From: Schmidtea polychroa
Taxonomy: Eukaryota
DNA: 64,000 bases
Reading direction: 5' to 3'
Assembly: GCA_044892525.1 (NCBI GenBank)
Contig: CM097885.1
Location: forward strand, 10,046,001 to 10,110,000
Part shown: positions 14,176 through 23,302 of the stretch, piece after piece
Layout of the letters: the number at the start of each line of letters is the position of its first letter
How positions within the stretch are numbered: the stretch's first letter is position 1
The notes under the pieces: model-generated
Database searches by the model: none
Told to the model about the DNA's origin: nothing
What the model saw: the letters and a program-made list of their open reading frames with translations, nothing else
Translations under genes and position numbers: made by a program

Positions 14176-16317
14176 ATGGCAGAACTAAATAATTTGCAAA
14201 ATCTAAATGAGAATAATTTACAAAATAATGTGCCAGTAGCTCAACCACCAGCGGTAGATTTTATGAGATACCCAACAATTCCGATTAAACCATTTAGTGG
14301 AAACCCAGGGGAGTTTCCAGAATTTATGTCCGAATATTTTCAGTTAGCCAGAGCATTAGGACTTCCGGAACCGGTAATGATTTTGAGATTACCTTTATAT
14401 TTAAAAGGGATGGCGCGGGAAATATATAACGATTTTATAATAGCCGAGCATCCAGTTGAATGGAATGTATTACGATTAGCGTTACAAAACAGAATATTAC
14501 CGGGGGATGCAACTAGAGTGTTGAGACAACAGTTTTATAACAGGCGACAAAATTCGGGTGAGCATGTTGGGGAATTTTCATATCAAATAATGATGTTGGC
14601 AGAGAGAGCATTTGGCAATAGGGCAGCCTGGAATGATGCAAATGGAGCATTAGTAAAAGATCAGTTTTGGTCAGGGTTATCGTCAGCAATGAGAAATGCA
14701 CTCAGTTTACACATAGGAGATAATTTAGAGGAATTAACGCGCAAAGCGTGTTTAATTGAAAGTAGCATTGAGAAGTCAAATAATTTTGCAATTAGTAGCA
14801 ATAAGTCAGACATTGAGTGTTTTAATTGTCATAAAAAGGGACACATGTCAAAAGATTGTAAAAGTAGGAATAATTCTCCAGGGGACAAATTGTGTACCAA
14901 GTGTGGGAGAAATAATCATGTGGCATCAAACTGTAGAATTTCGGACCTAAATTGTGAGAAATGCAAGCGCAAGGGACATGTAGCGTCAGTTTGTAAAGCT
15001 AGTTTTGGGGGGAATAATTCAAATAATAGCAATAATAGAAATAGAAGCCCCGATAGGAATTTTCGTGGTAATAATAATAATAATAATTTTCAGAGTAGAA
15101 ATAATAATTTTAATAATAATATTAAAAGGGATGAAGTAAATTCGGGGGGTAAAATTAAATGTCATAAGTGTGGAAAATTTGGTCATATTATGCGTTCATG
15201 TCCACAGAATCAGTTATCTAATAACAATGATAGTGGCAACAATGGTAATAATCGATCGAAGCAGACAACGTTTGCAGTGAATTCAGACCACAAATTAACG
15301 TATTTGCAGCAGCTTGAATTAGAAATTCAAGAAGAGAGAAACAGGTTAGCAAGGCTAACAACAAATGAAACTGATGAGTACGATGAAAGTGAAGGTGTTT
15401 ATATGACGTCAGCCAGAAAAAGTCGAAATAAAAATAATTATGTAGAACTTGAAGTGTTGATGCTTCAAGAGAGTCCAAGGGAGGACAAAGAGGAAAAGAC
15501 TATGGTCATGGAACCAGAGGTCTGTGAAGGTTTACAGGTTTCAACCAGGAAAAATCTAGTGGCTGTGGCCATGGAGCCAGAAGCCAACAGAGAAATAGAA
15601 GGTTTACTGGTTTTACCAGTTAAAAATCGTAATGCTATGGACATGGATCCAGTAGCTAATGAAATAGTTCCAACAGAAGATTTGGAAAAAAGATGGGCTT
15701 CGGTCATTGAGCCGGAAGTTCTTATAGCCACATCATCCATGCGAGGTGAGTGTGGTAGTGAACCAACAAAGGTTAGAGAAGCATCGAAAGAGGAAAGAAA
15801 TCCCATCGATGATTGTAGAAAAGTATTATTACGCAAGAGCGTATGGCAAAGAGAAATGAGACAGAAATTAGAAAATATTCGTTTAAACCCCGTTAATGAG
15901 AATGAGGTTGACAAAGTAATGGATATCATATTAGAGTTAGACAGAAATGAGAAATATTATCCAGAATTGAGAGAAATTCTGAGAAATATTGGCCTAAATT
16001 GGAAACAAAGAGAGAATCTGGAAGATTCTACAATTTTTGTATCTTTCCCAAAGGGTTGTTTTCGTAGATATACAATTAACCCAAGTGAAAGGGTAGAAGC
16101 ATTGGCAAAGAGAGTTTCTGTGGTAAAACCTCAATTGAGATGCAAACTATATTTATTGGGAGAAAGGTTATTAGAGGGAGAAACCCTGTTAGATAGTGGT
16201 ATACTACCAGGGAAAAATATGGTGATAAAAGCAAAGTTTCACAAGGAAACTGTTACAGTAGTGGACTTGGATAATGTCCTTACAATAAGCGAGATTGAAA
16301 TTGATCAATTAAATTAA
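14176..16317 (+). CDS. gag: Gag (capsid, four CCHC knuckles) with C-terminal ubiquitin-like domain; first part of the polyprotein
   Basis: IKPFSG, YLKGMA and RRQNSGEHVGEF capsid motifs; CFNCHKKGHMSKDC, CTKCGRNNHVASNC, CEKCKRKGHVASVC, CHKCGKFGHIMRSC; TIFVSFPKG...LYLLGERLLEGETLLDSGI aligns with ubiquitin. Confidence 0.92.
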   Translation: MAELNNLQNLNENNLQNNVPVAQPPAVDFMRYPTIPIKPFSGNPGEFPEFMSEYFQLARALGLPEPVMILRLPLYLKGMAREIYNDFIIAEHPVEWNVLRLALQNRILPGDATRVLRQQFYNRRQNSGEHVGEFSYQIMMLAERAFGNRAAWNDANGALVKDQFWSGLSSAMRNALSLHIGDNLEELTRKACLIESSIEKSNNFAISSNKSDIECFNCHKKGHMSKDCKSRNNSPGDKLCTKCGRNNHVASNCRISDLNCEKCKRKGHVASVCKASFGGNNSNNSNNRNRSPDRNFRGNNNNNNFQSRNNNFNNNIKRDEVNSGGKIKCHKCGKFGHIMRSCPQNQLSNNNDSGNNGNNRSKQTTFAVNSDHKLTYLQQLELEIQEERNRLARLTTNETDEYDESEGVYMTSARKSRNKNNYVELEVLMLQESPREDKEEKTMVMEPEVCEGLQVSTRKNLVAVAMEPEANREIEGLLVLPVKNRNAMDMDPVANEIVPTEDLEKRWASVIEPEVLIATSSMRGECGSEPTKVREASKEERNPIDDCRKVLLRKSVWQREMRQKLENIRLNPVNENEVDKVMDIILELDRNEKYYPELREILRNIGLNWKQRENLEDSTIFVSFPKGCFRRYTINPSERVEALAKRVSVVKPQLRCKLYLLGERLLEGETLLDSGILPGKNMVIKAKFHKETVTVVDLDNVLTISEIEIDQLN

Positions 16318-16902
16318 ATATCAGCCGTACCACATAGATTGGGAATCGAGCTGATGAAAAACCCAAGAGATGGGGAGGCCATTAAGATGATAATGGATTG
16401 GATACTGGAGTTGCGAATCCCAGTAGATACTCTTAGAGAGATAATGCCATTGGTGGTGCCTTTAGTAAAAGAGACATCACAATTTCAGACACAAGCGAAG
16501 ATGCTGTTGATTAAAAATGGACATGCTATCAGACAATCGGAAGGTAGACAAGGTCCAGTGATGTTAGATATCAGGATACCCAGGAGAGGACACCTGATAC
16601 AACAATTCTCATGTTATCATAGAGTAAAGAAACTGAGAAAAAGGATATCAGAAATAGTAAAAGAATCATTCCTAATAATGATACATGGTTGTCAGGTGGA
16701 TGACGACGAATTTCTAGTAGATGTGGGATGTTTTCCCCAAGAGGAAACAATAGTAATGATATTGTTTATAGAGTTTCCAAAGGATCAGTGGGCAACTTTG
16801 AGATTGCCGGATAATGCAGAAATTGAGGAGGAGACAGTTCCTCTCGAGCAGAAACAAGTAGATGATGATACTCATCTAGAGCCAGCAAAGACAAATAGAT
16901 AA
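16318..16902 (+). pseudogene. Polyprotein continuation with second, weaker ubiquitin-like domain
   Basis: Same frame as gag after one TAA; RVKKLRKRISE...LIMIHGCQVDDDEFLVDVGC has beta-grasp spacing. Confidence 0.55.
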
Positions 16903-16940
16903 ATAGATATTTAAAGGAACTCGACAACACAGAGGATGAG

Positions 16941-17720
16941 TTGATCGAGATATTTCCACCAGAAGAAGATAAACTCATACAACTAAACCAGAATGAGACA
17001 AACATTGGAGCAAGAACCTCGCAATTATTGGAGCCACCAAGGGATAGGGTGAGCCCGAAGTTGGTCGAAAATAGGAGAAAGAAGGAGAGGAGAGGGAGAC
17101 CGAGAAAGAGTCAAATGAACCCGCCTCTAAGAGAACTCCTAAGGCCAGTAACTATGCAAAATGTTACTAGACAGGCATTAGCAGGAATAGCTAGCCAAAT
17201 AGATAAAAGCGTGGGAGACGCCAGTAGTAAAACAGAAACATGGAGGAAATTAAATCAGATATTACGATTGATTAAGCCTGAATGGCAAATCAAGAAAGAT
17301 AAAGATATAAACGTTGAGAAAATCACTGAAAAGATAAAGAAAACAATGGGAAAGATCCCAGGAAATACCACGGAACAAGAAATGTTCGAAGTGGCAGAAC
17401 AATTCCTAAATGAAGGAATGACGAAAGGGAAAATGATAACGATTTTAGCCTTAATGTTTAAAAATGCCTTAATGATACTTAAGGATGATCAGTCAGGAAT
17501 TCAAGCAGCCTTAGATAGGTTGACTAATATTATAGAAGTGAATTTCGGAACATGGATGACCGAACACAAGTTTTGGGAGATAAAAGAGACAAAAGGAAAA
17601 TACGAGTTAAATGAGGAAATACTAACGGAAAACATTTCGAGTATTCCACGGGGAACAGGTGGATTTACCAGTTGGATGATGATGTTGTTAGTAATGATGG
17701 GAATATTGAGACAGACAAAT
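16941..17720 (+). CDS. Bcl-2-like domain plus hydrophobic signal/anchor segment
   Basis: FEVAEQFLNEGMTKGKMITILAL (BH1-like), FGTWMTEHKFWE (BH2-like), then WMMMLLVMMGIL. Confidence 0.65.
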
Positions 17721-19783
17721 TCTTTAACGGCATATGATTGTAGTGAACCAATACTATCACGAATATACTCATTAGTAGACACAGTGGAATGCAAGGAAGC
17801 ATATCCCGACAAAGTGGCTAAAATGGAAGATGTAGAATTTTACGTTTATCAACAAACAGAATTTTACCGAACAAGGATAAGGGAATGTCGAATACAGAGA
17901 GCGACATTTGAATACTATTGTGGATCAAATAGTTATTCAGCATTTTTAGGAGCCAAACTTATTCCTGTACCTCTGATAATCCCACCAGAGGATTGTATAA
18001 ATGCTTTTCGATCAAAGACGGTCAAAATAGATGATGAAGTGACAATTACTTCTGAAGAGGGAAAGAAATTGGGTATAACTATTACCCGGGGAGGACCAAT
18101 AGCAGATGATGGTTCTTGTCAGGGTAGAAAGAAACTACGAGGTTCTAATGTAGTAAGGTATGTGGTAACAGTTGAGGATTACACAGTAGAGCTGATTGAG
18201 TACGAAGGAACTTTTGAAGTTTCTACGGGAAAAATGATGTCGCATCCAGAATGTAATGCGAAGTTTGGTTATTGTAAAACCAGTTTAGCAGTATTGACTT
18301 ATCAATCAATGAGAGATTTTTGTGATTTGGGATACTTGAAAAAGGTAGTCTTTTCAAGGCTTGATGGGAAAAGTTTTACGTCTCAAGACACGAAACAGAG
18401 TGGTTGGGGAGACAAGATGGCTCACAAAACGAAAAAAGAGGAAGTACCAGAGAAAATCACTGCGGTAGTGTTAGTCTCAAAGGATCCAACAGATGCAATA
18501 CGATTAGTCAGAAAGAAACAGACCACAAAGTGTGGAGTATTAACATTTGAAAAAATTATAAAGGAATATATTTAGCACACAAATATGTTCCAGCAGCTGA
18601 ATCGTTACATTTATCAGATATCAAGATAACCAAGTATATCAATAACAAGATTGACTTTCTGTATCATGACTTACAGAAGCAACTGTTAGATGTATACCAG
18701 GAAGTGATCCTGAATGATTGTCGTTTGAACAGAGAAATAATACGTAACAGGTTAGCAATATCGATAGCTAATCCAGATTTAGTAATGCCAATGTTAACAG
18801 AGGAAGGAACATTTGGTAGAATATTGGGAGAAGCAATCTACAGTTATCAATGTAAAGCAGTAGAGGTAGAAGTCACCAGATATGATCAATGTACTGTAGA
18901 GCTTCCGGTAAGATATAAAGGCAAACTGAGATTTATGATGCCGGTATCGCATCAGTTATTAAAGGAGGATACATCACCGTTAAAAACAGTTTGCAATCCA
19001 GCAATGTCACCATTGTACAAGATTAACAATATATGGATTTCATTACCAGATAGAAAACCACCTTCGAAACCAGTAGAAGTACTCCAAGCTACAAAACTGG
19101 AAACTAAAATGGAGTTTAGACCATTGAATGAAATGTCAAAAGGTGGAGTATACACTCCAGAGGAGATTGAAGAAGCTCGGAGAGCAATTGTATTTCCCCA
19201 AATCAGAGATAGAGGAGTAACAGAGATAATAACTAGAATCTATCAGTCATATGATGGTAAACCAGATTACAATTTATTATTTGGGCCTGAACACTACAAA
19301 CAAGCTGCATCAAATGTGATACGGAAAATCTGGGGTAGATTTACAAGTTTTGGAATATTTGTAGCAGGATGTTCAGGGATATACGCAATAATAATGATAC
19401 TGAAAATAATCATATCACAATTATTTTCCACGTATAGTATCTTCAAGATCGGAGGGTGGTCTTGGAAGTTGCTATTAGGAATGTGTCCAGTTTGTGCAGA
19501 CTTTGCAGTATTTCATCATCATAATAAAGAAATTAAACGAATGAAGAGGCAAAATCTAACAAAACATCAATTGATAAAGTATGAATATAGTCATCGAGAC
19601 GATGACAATTCTGACGAGGGAGGTAACCTAGAGGGCTACGAGACCTCAGATAACACATCAACAAATCCAGACAACAAAAAACCGAAATTTAAAAATTTTG
19701 AAAATAGAACTTATCAACAGCACCCTGTTAAAGATAAAAATCGGAAAGGACTAAAATGGCCGGTGAAATATTTATCACCTTAA
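17721..19783 (+). pseudogene. env: Envelope glycoprotein, chuvirus G-like (class III/gB-like), frameshifted at ~18550
   Basis: LTAYDC after the signal peptide, YYCG, conserved cysteines, YINNKIDFLY, CRLNRE, GEAIYSYQC, CTVELPV and a C-terminal TM; adding one base in the A-run at ~18550 joins ORFs 16941 and 18704. Confidence 0.85.
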
Positions 19784-20578
19784 ACAACCAGGAAAAAGAT
19801 AATATCGGAACAAGTAGAGGAGGAAATGATAAAGCGGCTTGATTTTAGAACAAGTATAGATATAGCAACACCCTTGCCATATCCGAAATATAATATGAAA
19901 TTTGAAACAATGCCAGCAATTGGCACATCAGCCATAGAAATGATACCAAGATACCCATTTAGTACGCTGGAGCGTCTAAAGGAAAATTATCAAGAAGAGA
20001 TAAAATCGGAAGATGATAAAGACAGCGAGAATCAACAGAAATTTAGAGATAATATCCGAGGAATTTCAACAATATTTATGGTGAATATTGGGAAAAAGAC
20101 TAATAAGCCTACAATTAAATTAAAGGTAAACAGGCATACAGTACATGCCAACATGGACTCAGGATCAGATTTAACACTGATCGAAGCGAATCTATTAAAT
20201 GAAAAAGAACTACAAGCAATAGTACCAACATTAACGGGAGCAACTGGAGCAAACGGACAGCCGATCAATGTTATCGGAACATTAGAGTGTGAATTACGGC
20301 TGTGCGACCAGAAATTTAGACACGATATCAAAGTCACAAGAAAATGTATGGCTGAATGTATCGTGGGAATGGATATATTGAAAAAATTAAAAGATATTGT
20401 CTTCGATTGTGCAACAGGTGAATTAGTAAAAATGACGGGTAGAAAACTAAAAACCTACAGTGTGGATGTAGTGTTTCTAGATAGAACGCTAACCATACCA
20501 CCGAGGACCGAGACAGTTTGTTTTGTAGCCACACACCAAGAGGTGGAGGGGGATGTTATTTTCGAACCTAGTGAGTAG
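19784..20578 (+). CDS. Retropepsin aspartic protease region
   Basis: ANMDSGSDLTLI, GANG flap, CIVGMDIL; in frame with env across one TAA. Confidence 0.92.
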   Translation, partial: TTRKKIISEQVEEEMIKRLDFRTSIDIATPLPYPKYNMKFETMPAIGTSAIEMIPRYPFSTLERLKENYQEEIKSEDDKDSENQQKFRDNIRGISTIFMVNIGKKTNKPTIKLKVNRHTVHANMDSGSDLTLIEANLLNEKELQAIVPTLTGATGANGQPINVIGTLECELRLCDQKFRHDIKVTRKCMAECIVGMDILKKLKDIVFDCATGELVKMTGRKLKTYSVDVVFLDRTLTIPPRTETVCFVATHQEVEGDVIFEPSE

Positions 20579-20581
20579 TTC

Positions 20582-23101
20582 GTGAATAGATATAAAACGC
20601 CCATGGTGCAAAACTTGGCAACAGTACGGGGAGGAAGAATTCCCATTCGATTAACAAATCTAGCGAACAAGTCTTTGAAACTGTACCCAGAAACGAGAGT
20701 GGGTAAAATAATGCAACTTGCAAATGTACCCAAAGAAAGTGAGACGATACTATCAGTGCAAGAGGATGAACGAGATCCAGATATTGAATATTATGACGCA
20801 CCGAGCTGCGATAGTAAAGCATTAACTAGAAAAGAGAACATCAGAGTTAATCAGTTGTTACGTAAATATGACCAAGTTTTTGCAAAACACGAATATGATT
20901 TAGGGCAAGTTAATATCTTAGAGCATGAAATTAAATTAACAGAAAATAAACCGATAAAAATACGCCCGTATAGAATACCTCAAAGTATACAAGGGTCCGT
21001 GGATAAACAAATTAAATTAATGCAAAAATATAATATAATCAGACCCAGTAAATCTCCATATTCCTCACCTTTGGTGGTTGTAGCTAAAAGAGATGGCTCA
21101 GTTAGATTATGTAATGACTATAGGAAATTAAATGAACAGACAGTAAGTGACAATCACCCGCTACCTTTGCTAGATTACATTTATGATAAAATGAAAAATT
21201 CAAAGTTGTTTACTGTGATGGATGCACAGAAAGGTTTTTATCAAATAAAGATGAGCGAAGACTCAATTCCTATGACAGGATTTTCTACAAGTAGTGATCA
21301 TTTCGAATACTTAGTAATGCCGTTTGGATTAAAAGGAGCCCCTCCAACTTTTCAGAGGGCAATGAATATCATGTTGATGGATGCACATCACGCAATGGTA
21401 TATATAGACGATATTATCATCTTCTCGGAAGATTTAGATAAACATTTGGAACATCTTGAAGACATTTTCAAACGATTAATCATGGCAAACTTAAAAGTTA
21501 AACCAAGCAAATGTAAATGGGCAGAATCGGAAGTGATTTACGTGGGGCATGTAATATCACACGATTGCGTAAGACCAGATCCGGCTAACACGGATAAAGT
21601 AAAGAATTTCCCACAACCAGTGAATGTGAAACAAATCAAAGGATTTTTAGGGTTGACGGGATACTATCGGAAATTTATACGAAATTTTTCAGCAATTGCT
21701 TTTCCTCTAACTACCTTAGAAAAGAAAGGTATAACATTTTTATGGGGAGAAGACCAGCAACAGGCATTTGATAAGTTAAAAGATGCACTATGCAAACCAC
21801 CAATTCTACGATTTCCAGATTTTAAAAGACAATTCATGGTGATGACCGATGCATGCACAAGAGGAATAGGTGCAGTTTTGGGACAGAAAGACGAAATTGG
21901 CGATGAATACGCAGTAGCATATGCAAGTCGTGGATTGAAGCCACACGAAAAAAGTTATGCTGTAATAGAATTGGAAGCATTAGCATTAGTATTTGCAGTG
22001 GAAAATTTTAGTCATTACCTATGGGGCAGAAAGGTAATTTTCTTTACGGATCATAGACCACTACAATGGTTATTGAAACACAGAGATGAAGCGTCAAAAT
22101 TAGTAAGATGGGCATTGAGATTGCAGCCCTATAATATTGAAATAGTATACCGAAAAGGTAAAGCCAATGGTAACGCTGAATTGTTTGATCCAGAAGCTAG
22201 TCAACACCCGGATATAGAATACCGGAGAACGGATAGATCATTCAGATTTTATTTGACAAATCCGCAATGGCACAGATATGATTTATATCTGACAACTCCA
22301 GAAAGAGGAGTATCTTTCCATCTAAATCTATGGGATCGAGTGAAGATAATAGATGGATTATTACCAAATACCAGTTATCTCCTAGAAATTAAAACATATA
22401 TGGCAGATCCAAACGTGTTCGCAAATGGAGGAGATTGTGATGACAAAGCAGCATGGATCGTGAGAACAGCGGTATTTAAGGAAAAAGTGGAAATTACGTA
22501 TCAGAACCAGACAGTTAAATTCCATCATTTATATTGGAGGAAAAGTAACACATTTTCTGAACATGATTGGAGAATAAATAATCGAATAGCGCTCCTATAC
22601 ATATTAGAAAATAATAAAACAGTAAAGAAGTTAGTACTCAACCAAGCTTATCAACGGAGGAGCTGGACAGTTAAACAAAATATCGAAACGATAGCCAATA
22701 TAACGTATATGGAATTCACAGAGGAAACAGGCTGGTATACGGTGTATCATGAGATGATAAAATTAACACCTCCAGCAATAAAGGAACTAGCTAACCGACG
22801 ATGGGAGGCTAGATTAGTAAATATCTCGGGTTGTAGAGGAATAAATAAAATGGATTGGACGAATTTTCAAAGGGTAGCGAGTGAAAAACGTTCACGTGAA
22901 AATAAAATAATTAAAAATTGTTCATGTCAGACTGAACTTAAGGGAAATTCAGGAGCTAAAATGCCAAATTGGCTAATCATAACTATTGTAGGGGGAGTAA
23001 TAATTATGATATTGAGTTTAATAATAGCTACCTTGTGGGTGTTTAAAATAATAATGAGGGACATAAGGTATTGGGAAAATATTTACGAGACCGAGGTTTA
23101 G
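20582..23101 (+). CDS. pol: Reverse transcriptase and RNase H fused to an FN3-like ectodomain, TM and cytoplasmic tail; no integrase
   Basis: RPYRIP, RLCNDYRKLN, MPFGLKGAP, YIDDII; RNase H TDAC, ELEALA, TDHRPL. After KGKANGNA the sequence switches to IDGLLPNTSYLLEI, TM WLIITIVGGVIIMILSLIIATLWVF and tail ENIYETEV. Confidence 0.93.
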   Translation: MNRYKTPMVQNLATVRGGRIPIRLTNLANKSLKLYPETRVGKIMQLANVPKESETILSVQEDERDPDIEYYDAPSCDSKALTRKENIRVNQLLRKYDQVFAKHEYDLGQVNILEHEIKLTENKPIKIRPYRIPQSIQGSVDKQIKLMQKYNIIRPSKSPYSSPLVVVAKRDGSVRLCNDYRKLNEQTVSDNHPLPLLDYIYDKMKNSKLFTVMDAQKGFYQIKMSEDSIPMTGFSTSSDHFEYLVMPFGLKGAPPTFQRAMNIMLMDAHHAMVYIDDIIIFSEDLDKHLEHLEDIFKRLIMANLKVKPSKCKWAESEVIYVGHVISHDCVRPDPANTDKVKNFPQPVNVKQIKGFLGLTGYYRKFIRNFSAIAFPLTTLEKKGITFLWGEDQQQAFDKLKDALCKPPILRFPDFKRQFMVMTDACTRGIGAVLGQKDEIGDEYAVAYASRGLKPHEKSYAVIELEALALVFAVENFSHYLWGRKVIFFTDHRPLQWLLKHRDEASKLVRWALRLQPYNIEIVYRKGKANGNAELFDPEASQHPDIEYRRTDRSFRFYLTNPQWHRYDLYLTTPERGVSFHLNLWDRVKIIDGLLPNTSYLLEIKTYMADPNVFANGGDCDDKAAWIVRTAVFKEKVEITYQNQTVKFHHLYWRKSNTFSEHDWRINNRIALLYILENNKTVKKLVLNQAYQRRSWTVKQNIETIANITYMEFTEETGWYTVYHEMIKLTPPAIKELANRRWEARLVNISGCRGINKMDWTNFQRVASEKRSRENKIIKNCSCQTELKGNSGAKMPNWLIITIVGGVIIMILSLIIATLWVFKIIMRDIRYWENIYETEV

Positions 23102-23302
23102 GGGGAAAAAGTCTCACCAACAAACTAGGCAATGTAAATATATAGTTATCTATTTAATAAACCTTATTTATAGTAATGTATTAAAAGTGTGGGCTCAACT
23201 GAGCAAAGGTAAAATCAGACATCAGCGTATGTCGACCTTGTGCACCCTGGGAGGGTCTATCACGAAAGTGATAAAAGCTATTAATTAATTTTATTTTCAG
23301 CA

